Positions 51,051 to 64,000 of a DNA stretch of 64,000 nt are shown one piece after another (the stretch's first letter is position 1; each line of letters starts with the position of its first letter). The position numbers and the translations under genes were made by a program. The notes under the pieces are model-generated. The model was not told the DNA's origin. It did not search any database and saw nothing but the letters and a program-made list of their open reading frames with translations. Origin of the DNA: Auanema rhodensis (taxonomy: Eukaryota > Animalia > Nematoda); contig OZ059894.1 of assembly GCA_964057225.1 (NCBI GenBank), positions 14,136,001 to 14,200,000 on the forward strand, given 5' to 3'.

Positions 51051-53601
51051 ATGTACAAAGCTGGTCATTCTGCCGTATCGAGAACTGTCTTACCTTCAAT
51101 TCAACATAAGAGACGAACCGTTTATACCAGCCCCCTTCAAGCTAGTATAAAAAAAGAAGAACGTGTTCTTTGTATGTATTTTCTTTGTATTTTCTTTAAT
51201 TTTACCTTTTCAGTAACAAATATAACGTCTAATGAACCTATTTTTCCTGTGAGGTTCGTTGTTTTTCATCCTGTTCATCCTATCTTCTTCAATTTAGCCC
51301 GCTGTCTCTTTTTCCTAAAAAGAAGGGGAATGATATTAATACTTTGACACCACCATCAACTCCATCATCACCTATCGTAGAACAGCAAATTGAATTTCTC
51401 CATAATTGTAAGTTTAATCCAGCTTTTCTTTATTTGTCCTTCGTGTGTCTGGATAGTTTTATTGATTTCTTTGCAAATTAATTTGAAATCATTATCGCCA
51501 TTGATAACAATCATCGTCTAAGATCTTCTCGCGTGTCTAGGCATAGGCTACCTATCATTGTTTCTCTTTTTTCTATACTCTTTCTCTTTTAGTTTTGAAA
51601 CGAAATGTTACACACTATGTGAGCATTGAGCAAAGTTTTTTGTCTGTTCTTCTTTCTTAGCTCATCTTCTCATCTTCCGTTTCTTTAACTACAAACTTGA
51701 GGAATATTGAGAGAGAAAATGAAAAAAAAAAAGAAAAAAAAACGAAGGAAGTCTTGGCAATAAAATAATTACTATCTATAGATATTTTTCTTATTGGGTG
51801 GTAGTCTAATCCTCCAAAGTTTATCTTATCGTGCATTGCTAAGAAATGGGTCATATTTTCTTTTCTTGTAGCCGTACAATTTTCCAATAGCTTCTTCTTT
51901 ACCTTGTGACTTCTCAGATTATCTTCACGTCGTTTTGATCGATATATCGCCGAAGTGTTCGTGAGTTATCATTTAGTATTCTTTAACCTGATTCTTTATT
52001 TGCTCATTTCTCCTTCCTGAAAATTGATGCACTAACACGGGTTCTAATGGAATAAAATGATGTATAAAACCGTGAATTTGGTTAAGCTATCCATCTTATT
52101 GCTTTTGAAATTGTTTGCAATAAATATCGACAGTTTTAATCTATTTGAATCGTTTAAGAGATGATTCTTGATTAAACATCATTGACCACCCTATGTTGAC
52201 AAGTTATTTTTGGGGTCCGATTGGTAAGCTAAGATAGGTTATCGTATTTGGGTACTGGCCTTCGTCTTCAGTTTGGAGTAGATCTTATGGTCGGAAAGAT
52301 ATGGAAACGCTTTGAGATAGGGAACATAAAAATCAAAGAAAGTTAAGATCAGACACCTCGTGAAAATATAATTTAATTGCTTTATCATTGTACTATTTTT
52401 TATGTTTTTGGTTTGCTTTCTATTTTTAAAACATCACATTAGTTTCTGCAATGACAAACAAATTAAAAGAATGTGATCGCTTATATACAAGCGTCTGTCA
52501 AAAATGATATTCTACTTTAAAAGTCTGATAAATTACCTTTTAATTATTTTTGTTTATAATTATTATTATTCATATTTCTTTGTGTATTTTCTAAAGCTGC
52601 CGACACATATAAAAGCTAATAGCGGTCGGAACCTATAGAAGTATCGAGATCGAATAACAGAAATTAGTTTGCCAGATTGAATTAGAGGACTTTTTCGCCA
52701 TTAGCTTATATTCTTTGACTTCTGCTCTTTACCATATGACCGGTTCCAATAGTTGATTTCCTACAGAAGCTGGTAAAGAAGAAAGGCATCAACCTTTCTG
52801 TTGCAATGTGTCATTGGTTTTTGAGTGGTAGGGGTCTAGCGACTGTTGGTTCTGGCAGGTTGTGTGTTCTTTGGATATCAGCACTTGTGCATCTCTGTAC
52901 GATCTTCCCTTTCTCTCAGATTTTTACTTGCTTTTCTCTTTGCCTATGTCCTCTTTTTGTTTTCTAACCTCCCATCTTGAGATAGCTAGGCTTCTTCAAT
53001 TACGGCTCCTTGTGTGCACTGTTATCTGAAAAAGTTATATAGTTTCGTAAATGTGTACCAATTGGTACGACTGATTATTTTTATATTTTTGCAGAAAACT
53101 CGCTATGACTTAAAACTATTGTAATATCATCTGACTGATGTCATGATATCTGACATGTCGAGTTTCAACATCAATTCTCTAATTTCGAATTTATTTTTGC
53201 TTTTCTTTTTCATCTGGTCACTTTTTTTAAACATTCTTTGTGTCCAACGTCATGTCATTCATAGTCTTTCGACAGCGGGACTAGATATTGTGCGTGAAAA
53301 ATGATCTTTCATTCGATATAACGGCAAAACGTCTAAGATTAAGAATACTTTTAGTTGATTGAAAATATTTTTGAGAATTACAGCATGGCGAGCTTTTCGA
53401 GAGACTCCGGGTGGTGAATTAGATCCTCAAATTGTGACATATTCTGCTCAGGAATCAGCTAAGGTAATTTTCTTAAAAGTATGCAAATGTATTGATTTTT
53501 TCCAGGTTCCAGTGGATTTTCAACCATTCAATATAGATAGATTTTTAGCTGAAAAATTGCTTAGTGAGCTTGACATTGATCCCAAAATTGCCCTTTTCTG
53601 A
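51051..53601 (+). CDS. MCRIP/FAM195-family small protein
   Basis: Five exons give ...EQQIEFLHNSWRAF...IVTYS...DFQPFNIDRFLAEKLL, resembling the FAM195 pattern F...W / Y / F.P.DL. The protein is about 150 aa. Confidence 0.65.
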
Positions 53602-54275
53602 TGGATTCCAGATGTTAATAATGTTCAATTAGAACAAGATTTAACAGCTCCTTTGAAATAGATATCTTAGCTTCATTCCCTATTTAGGAAAACAATTAGT
53701 AGTTAGCATCTAGAATTAATATTTAGATTAGTTTTTAAAATCATAGTTTATTCCAAGGTATGTCACCTTTGGTATGTATTAATGCCGGTAGAGTACGGAT
53801 TTTTATTCTTAAACATGCGCACCGATGTTGCTCAACTTCGTTCAACTCTTTCCGAAAACAAAGAGTTTGAATTATTTCTTTATCATTGTTAGAAAACGTT
53901 TTTATCAAAAACAAATAGATTTTCTTTAAAATTCTATTTCATTCTTTTCTTGCTCATTTTCTCTGTTTGTGATAAATTTTGAAATTTTGAATTATACATT
54001 TGATGAGGCTCTAATACTTGTACGAATCAACATTTGACTTCGAGATCCTTGTAACATCTTTTCTCAAAACTTTTTTTATTTTTGAAATATCTGTTACTGT
54101 TACTCAGCATTTACTATGGATTCTTATTGTATCTCAATTGCTATCAACTGTATACGTCTGTATTTGTTGTTTTGTTATCATATATTTACATTATATTGAG
54201 TACAACCTTTTCATCTTCATTCGTTACTTACCAAATATATAATCCAATTTCGATAATAATAGATTGTCAAATTAT

Positions 54276-56449
54276 TTATTTATCGTTTTCCAGTGATTTT
54301 TGCAATGTTCCTAATAAAGTTCGTTCTATTTCGTCTGTCCTATTTCTCAAATTTAAATAGCGTTGACCATTTAATCTTTCCATGTGCTTTACTCCTTTCT
54401 CGAGTTGAGCCATAAGTTCATCACGTTCTTTTTCCAGCTGTAAATATGGCACCATATAAGGTTTGTTTTTAATAATAATCTGAGTGAACAAACCAATGCG
54501 AATTCTCCCATGATAATTTGGTTGATATCTTTGTACTTAGTCGCTTCCTTTTTAAATCGCTCCACCTGTCGCATATCTCTCTGAAATAGAAAACGTGTTG
54601 CATTTCATTCAACTTTGACTGTTTGCAATAATCATCCATCTTATGTGACAAACCAAAGAAAAACGGAAAAATCATGAAAACATGTTTTAAAAGAAAATTA
54701 CCTGATAAGTTTCTTTATATTCTTTCAGTTTATTCATTTCATTAGTTGTATCTTCTAGTTGAATTTGAATTGTTGAATGGGATTTAGCTTGATTTGTTAT
54801 TTTATCTCGAGCATCCTGTAGATCACGATTTAACTGTTCGTTTGTGTCACGAACAGATGATAACTCGTTCTGAAATCCAAATACAAAAATTGTCATTCAA
54901 AATATCGAAAAGATGGTAGTTGGGTTATCATAAAAAAAATAATAGAATATCATTGCGGGCCTGAGTCACGAACTTGCAGAAATTCTATTTTTCCTTGTAA
55001 ATCTTGAATTTCAACCGCTTGCTCGTACTTGATTCGACGCATTTCCTCTTCGTGATTTGACTCTTCTTCAATAATTCGTCTCTCGTGCTCGGCTTCAAGA
55101 CGTCTCAACTAAACAGAACAATAGTTTAACACGATGAGCTTCAGCGTTTTTCTATTCACCTCAAAATCCATATCCATTTTCATTCGTTGTTCTAAACTAG
55201 CTACAGAAAACTTTAGATCGCTCTCAGCATTTGACTTCGCTTTTTGTAATTCGGTGATAAATGCAGTTAGAAGCTCATCGGATGTTTGCCGTAAAACATT
55301 TCCAGCCTGAATTTTTTTGTCATGATCTGTAAATCAGAAATCAAGGAAGAATTTTCAATAATTGTGATATTTCCAAGAAAATGTTATAAAACTATCATTT
55401 TATAAAATACCAAAAGTTATAACTAATTTAAGATGATATTTCATTTTACTATGCTAAATTTCAACAGTCATCTATTTAAACTACAAAGGCAAATTAGTTT
55501 TTATTAAGAAACTAAAGACAGTGCTCGAGTTTTTAACCCCTTTCTTTCAAGTTTTTTGCGTAACATTAAATTGGAAAAATATTTCCTCAGCAGTTGTTTG
55601 TGTGTAAGATTTCAGAGGGCCATAAGCATCGAAAAGATAGAAATAGTGAAAATTACCACGATTCCAATTTCAAAAATATTCTTTAAAACATACCATGGAA
55701 GGGCTATAAATCTCCACTGTTTGAGCATCTTTATCTTCGTATATTTTCGAATTATTGTCATACAAATGATCAGTTTGTGAGCAATTTGGTCTAAAGGTAG
55801 TAGTATTGAGTGTCAGCATACACATTTTTCTGCGCAACACCTCAAAAGGCAGAATAAAATTAGAAAAAATACTATAAAACACACTGATAACTGTTCTGCT
55901 TGTTTAGTTTTTAATTGGTTAATTTTTTTTTCCAAACATATATGTGCTTGTTTTTCCTTTTCATATTCTCCGCGTAATACATCCAAAATCTTGCGTTCTT
56001 CTATCTATCATAACATTAATGAAACAATTTATATTTATATTTATATTTTACCTTACAAGATTGCTCATTGAGCAATTTCTTTGTTAAGGATTGCTGATTC
56101 TTGCCTCCCTGAAAGTTTAAATGTACTTAATGCATAATCATATCACCATAATGTCAAAAGCTATGCAATAGGTAGTAAATGGTGATAATATTTAAGAAAA
56201 GTGCAATTAAAGAACATCGCGACTGACCTTTCTCCTAAAACTGGTAAATAAATCGATTCTAGATTGAAGTTCATCAGAAAAATGTTTTATTGGATCAGTT
56301 TTAGACTCACTTTTGACTTTTATCGCCTAAAAACAGCTTATGAATTCAGCTAATAACTGATTAACCTTTTTCTGTGTGGACAGCGGCTTTCGCATTGGGT
56401 GAACCTGTCGAATAGGTTTTTGGACAGGATCAAACGGAATCTTATCCAT
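54276..56449 (-). CDS. Uncharacterised coiled-coil protein, probably downstream of hsp-90 in an operon
   Basis: MDKIPFDPVQKP... with heptad-rich exons (LRRLEAEHERRIIEEE, NEQLNRDLQDARDKI, LEKERDELMAQLEKG). Internal exons are partly uncertain. Confidence 0.65.
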
Positions 56450-56894
56450 TGCAAGGAAGAAAAGAATGAAATCGAATTTTACCAAGATGACTTCCGCATG
56501 AACACTCAGAACATCCCGTAGCCTTGGTAACCATTATTGACCCAAAGCAAAACACACCCTGCAGCTGCAGACATATGAAAGACTAGACATAGTCATATGG
56601 GTCAACCTGATCAAAATTAATCTTTAGTAATACCAAATAAGTAATTTGAATCAACTTTGCCCCAAGGTCTAACACTGAATATTTCTTGCCCAAAGTAATT
56701 AACATTGAATATTTCAATTACCCGAGAAAACATGAGCATGGCTCATTTTCGGATTCTCGTCTCATATGTTACAATAAAATACAACCGAAATGGTAAAAAC
56801 TTTTATCTATAAAGAAAAAAAATGGTTTAACATATAGACGAGAAGTGGCGATTAATTAAGAGATCACATAGTTCAAAAGCTATTATGAAATAAA

Positions 56895-59413
<2,519 letters not shown>

Positions 59414-59520
59414 TTATAAAATTTTAGGTATCGAATACGAAACGTATTTAATAGTAGAAACCCTGGCTATCACACTGAGCATGTTGTGAAATGAAATTTA
59501 CTAGGCCTATGAAGGACGTT

Positions 59521-59651
59521 CGAAAATTCTCGAAGGGGGCGGAGCCAACGCCTCTGATTGGCTCAGAGAGCCGCCCAAGGCGGTGCGCGGAAAATTCTTA
59601 ACGGCACGGAACATTCTAGTATGTACGCAAATTGTTCGAAGCTTCTAGAAT
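59521..59651 (-). promoter_or_regulatory. hsp-90 promoter: heat-shock elements, GC box, CCAAT and E2F-like motif
   Basis: cGAAaaTTCtcGAAg (59521-59535), cGAAgcTTCtaGAAt (59637-59651), partial HSEs near 59590 and 59609, GGGGCGGAGC, ATTGG and GCGCGGAAAA. Confidence 0.85.
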
Positions 59652-60103
59652 GGTTTTTTGAAATGATCTACGATATAAATGGTTAAAAACTACAAGATAA
59701 ATATTTTTATATAAAACTACACGAAATTGAGAATCAAAATACAAAAAGAAATTGTTTCAATGCATGAAAAAGTGATTTTTTAAAAAAACTTGTTAAAAAA
59801 TAAATGCATAATGTAATTTATTATTTTTAGATGCGGTCTTTCATCTTAGTAATTGTAAAGTAATATTATTTTTTTATGTAGTATTTAGGAAAGCACTTTC
59901 TAATATTCGTTACTTTATCTTATCTTGAAATTTTTTTTCAAAATTCGCATAATAATTATCGGTCGCAATTGGTGTAATCTCGTATGAATTTGAAAATATA
60001 TTTTTTTGTCGAATTCCAAATTCTGAACACCCTGTGTATTTTCTATTCAAATTTCTTTCAATAATATAATCATAAACTGCTATTCTAACAGAATTTGTTT
60101 AGA

Positions 60104-61495
60104 ATGTCAAGAGCTGATTCGGGACGTTTAATTCACCTCTCCAAACGGAGAGAGCGTGCAAAAGAGGATCTGGAGCAACAAATGAAAAAAATAGAAGAAG
60201 AAGCTATGAAGGGTAAAAGAAAAATGTAATATTTGAAACATAGAGATGTCTAGGAGCCGCTGGTATTGCCTCTAAATTCACAGCAAATTACGATGCTATC
60301 GAAGAATCATTAAAGAATAAAACTGTTGGTTTAGTAACACTGGATGAAATGAAAGAAAAACAGAAAGATGCTATAGCTACTCGGTAATATAGTTCAAAAT
60401 TTTAAAATGAACACAATTAAGATATATAGAGAAATTTGTATTGTCCGTGGGGAAAGTTTAAAGAAGAAAGAGCCATCAACAACGGCGTCCCCTGATAAAA
60501 AATTAACACAGGTGTTTATTTCACTTGTAATTGAAATGTATTTATTCATTACAGAAAAGAGTTCTTTCTTTTGCTGATGATGAAGAGGAGGAAGAGGAAG
60601 ACGCACCTGTTATTACTAAAAAGGTTAGACATCATTTTTAATGAATACTGTTGCTTTATTTAGCGTCTCGGTATGAACCCTAATATAGATACAAGTTTTT
60701 TACCTGATCGAGATCGTGAATTGGAACTTGCAAAGTAATATTTCATTCAAGCTTATGTTTAAATGTTTATTTTATCGCTACTATTTAGAAAGAAAGAAGA
60801 ATTAGCGGCTGAATGGCGAATTCAACAAGAAAAAGAAAAGAATGAGGAAATAAATGTTGCATATGCATATTGGGATGGTTCTAGCCACAGGTATCACTTC
60901 TGTAATACTTTTTTTAGTATATCATTTTTATTCACCAGAAAGAACATGAGAATGAAAAAAGGTCAGACTATTTCTCAGTTTTTAGCCAAAGCTATAGATG
61001 TAAGACTCGTTATATTGGTACATATTATTTAACTAAGTTTCTATAGGCTTTAAAAAAGGAATTCACTGAATTAAAAACTTGTATACCTGAAAGTCTCATG
61101 TTTGTTAAGGAAGATCTTATAATTCCACATTTTTATACGTACGGTTCTATTTTGTTTTTAATTTTAATTTTAATTTTATCCAATGTATTTCTCACAGGTT
61201 CCAAGATTTTATAGTAACAAAAGCTATGGGAAAAACTGGACCGTTGTATGAGTTTGATGCTGTAGGTGAAGTTCGTGTTCGTCAAGATGCTGCGTTAGAT
61301 TATGGAGAATCGCATCCTGCGAAGGTAATTTTCATAACTAATTAATTTCACGTGTTCTCTTTATATTTTGTTTTTAAGGTTGTTCTGAGGAATTGGTATG
61401 AAAAAAATAAGCATATTTATCCTGCATCTCGATGGGAACCATTTGTTCCGAATAAGAAATATGGTAAGACTATTGATGATCTTACTACAATTTGA
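60104..61495 (+). CDS. FAM50: FAM50/XAP5 family nuclear protein
   Basis: [77 protein letters not shown]. Confidence 0.96.
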
Positions 61496-61737
61496 AATTG
61501 CGCAAAACATAATGCCATGAATGTATTTATTTTAATGATACGTGATTCATTTTTTTACAAGAAGCAAAATAACCCGTTAATTGACAATTGTAAAGTTTGA
61601 CCAAGAGCATGAGAATAATTGAAGTTTCAACAGCGGACAAATGCTTGACTGTTTGAAATTGCAGAATACAAACATAATAAAGAGGTCGATAAGATGTCGC
61701 AAAGTTATTATTTGTGCAGACGAAATGAATTTAATAT

Positions 61738-64000
61738 CTATAATTGCCATTCTTTCAGCTTTTCGTTGTAGGTGACTCCTGGAACTCTAGAGACATCCGT
61801 TTCAGATTGTGTATGTATGTCTATTGATGGGCAACTTTTCTCTCCAGACGAAATGGGTTCATAAACTAGAATAAGAATTCGATTATGAGATATCTATGAA
61901 GCCAGTACCTTTGACATCCTTATCACTTTTGAAAAACATTCTGGTCATTTCTGATAGAGTATCCTTAGATGATGTGTAGATAAGCTGATTGCAAGAGCAA
62001 TACACAGGAAAACGGAGGCAACTGCAAATAGATACATTACTTTTTTTTCATTATTAAGGACTCGCCTAGATAACAATGTCAAAATACTAAGAATGTCGTT
62101 GAGATATGAATAGAACTCATTCATTTCTACTAAACTTTCTTTATCGAACGTTTCCCAAAAAGTCAGAAGAACCTGGAAAAAATTTATTATATTACTTCAT
62201 TATTATTCAGATTTCACGTGCGTAATATAAGTAATCTTGCAATAATTATAGCATAAACTATGCCATATTTGGTGCAGAAGGTTCAATTAAGAGATGTCTT
62301 GTCTCAAAATGACCACTTAGTCTGATTGCTAAGACTTGCCATAACCTCTTATTCTTCTTTTGTGTCTATGTTTTCATGTCTTATTTTCGTTCTCAACCCT
62401 CTTCTCATTTCTCACTAGTGCTCTTTCTCTATCAGCTCATTACTCATCTGAGACTGATTTTATGCTTAAATTATGCTGTTAAGTGAAAGAGACAGCTGTG
62501 TATGGTGTTCATTCTATCCATTGTATATGGATTAATCATTCATCTTAATGCACGTTTATGAACCACTCACCTGGGGAAATTGTGACATTAAATACATAGA
62601 GACGATGCTGATTAAGGCTCTTGTAGCATCCTAAAATAAATGCATCGTATAAGAAATATCATATTTTCTACTGACTCTCAAACTTCTGCGATTAGTAGCA
62701 ACCATTACTCCATTCTTTTCATGAACACTGGTTTTGCCGTCATTTCTTTTATAATCTTTTTTCAAAGTCTAACAATGAAAATTATAAATCAATAGAATTT
62801 TCGCTAAAATTACCATAAATATAATGTAATTCATTGCAACTAAAATGAAAAATGGGAGAATACGATCAATTACATTTCGTGTAATGAACATCCACCAAAA
62901 ATGATATTCAGGAATTAGAGCCAATGGCCCAGCAATAATCTCATACTTGCTTAAAAAGACAAAATTACATTGCTGACTAAAAAAATTACTTTTACCTAAA
63001 TTCACTTTCGCATTCCGGTTTATAATGCACAGCTATTTCCCAGTAAACACATGTTTTGTATGGAATTGTAATAAGAATGCAAATCAGACTAACGGTCGGA
63101 CGATGATGCTCAAGAAATCTGAATATTTCTTGTATTACTTTTTCAAATTCGAATTCTTTATTACTTTCTTAATCGAAGAACCTTGTCTCCATCAAATGTC
63201 CTAAGAAGTCGTTCAGTTGTAGCTAAAAGAATAAGAAGCATAGATGAGAATATAGCCCAGTTGGATTCAGCTAGAACTATGCGGAAATAGGATAGAAATA
63301 AATGATAAGCTGGTACATATTGATAATAATCCATGTATACCTAAAATATAAAAAATAATTAAATTAATATTTCGTTCGATTAAAATATTTTGAAATCGAT
63401 TATACAATTTCATTTTGTTTCTCTCTCATTTCTCATGCTTTATGAGGATTTTCAGAGCTTCATTTTGTTTGTTTTTAGTCTTCGAGTATTATTCAAAATA
63501 ATTCTTCATGCTAAATTTACATGAATAATCGGTCAGTGCATAGTCTGTGGTTTCCAAATTTTAAGGAAACATGTGAGAGGAGAGATTATGTATAAAACTA
63601 ATAGGTTGATCGTTATCATTGGATTTAAAAATCGATTTGTTTTCATAATTAATCTAGATTTTAGTTCAATATGAAGTGATTATTTACCGGAAGTGACATA
63701 ACAGCCAAATAGTTAAAAGCCATAATGGTGTCGAGTACGGCAAGGATACCGAAGTAGAAAACAGATGATCGTCTGCAAAAAACTCAACGTAATTGAAATA
63801 TCTTTGAGCTTGCTTATTGAATGGACTATAGCCCAAAAACGAAATAGAGACTACCTGATAGTTTTTTTTGTCAAAAAGACAATAGTGAAAAATGTATTGA
63901 AAATTATTGATAACATAGCAATCATTGTTGCGAAAACTCCTATCAGATAAATTTTTCCTTCAATGAATTCTGTTCCCTGTAGAGATTTTACAAAATTAAA
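61738..64000 (-). CDS. Class A (peptide-receptor-like) nematode GPCR, 5'-truncated by the window edge
   Basis: Seven hydrophobic segments, including LSIIFN, LAVLD, LATTERL, RILPFFILVAMN, DATRALISIVSMYL and SSCLRFPVY. Confidence 0.85.

Noticed and set aside
55529-55551. GTTTTTAACCCC...TCAAG resembling an SL2 leader
   Set aside because: It has several mismatches and no convincing SL RNA hairpins or Sm site, and it lies in an intron of another gene.

Overview
This is eukaryotic, AT-rich genomic DNA from a compact rhabditid-type nematode genome. Most introns are about 40-50 nt with TTTCAG/TTTTAG acceptors, and genes sit in operon-like or head-to-head arrangements. About 20 spliced protein-coding genes could be assembled by hand: an Ala/Gln-rich protein, an arrestin-domain protein, a thaumatin-like protein, a secreted nitrobindin-like protein, BTBD9 (hpo-9), dlst-1, two paralogous membrane proteins, an HtrL/YibB-domain protein, an RMD-family protein, SF3B2, zpr-1, an AGPAT, an uncharacterised RPxLDFxKM-motif protein, yif-1, an MCRIP/FAM195 homologue, a coiled-coil protein, hsp-90, FAM50/XAP5 and a partial GPCR. 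There is also one tRNA-Val(TAC). The strongest unexplained signals are: (1) nine NFI-type palindromes (YTGGM-N5-GCCAR) within 2 kb, four of them in tandem just before a TATA box upstream of the uncharacterised gene, which also has a structured 3'UTR; (2) a roughly 195-nt structured ncRNA candidate in the only long intron of dlst-1; (3) several GC-AG introns, most of them required by the reading frame; and (4) predicted regulated splicing in yif-1, the AGPAT and the MCRIP gene. All gene models and RNA folds were derived by eye and have not been checked computationally.
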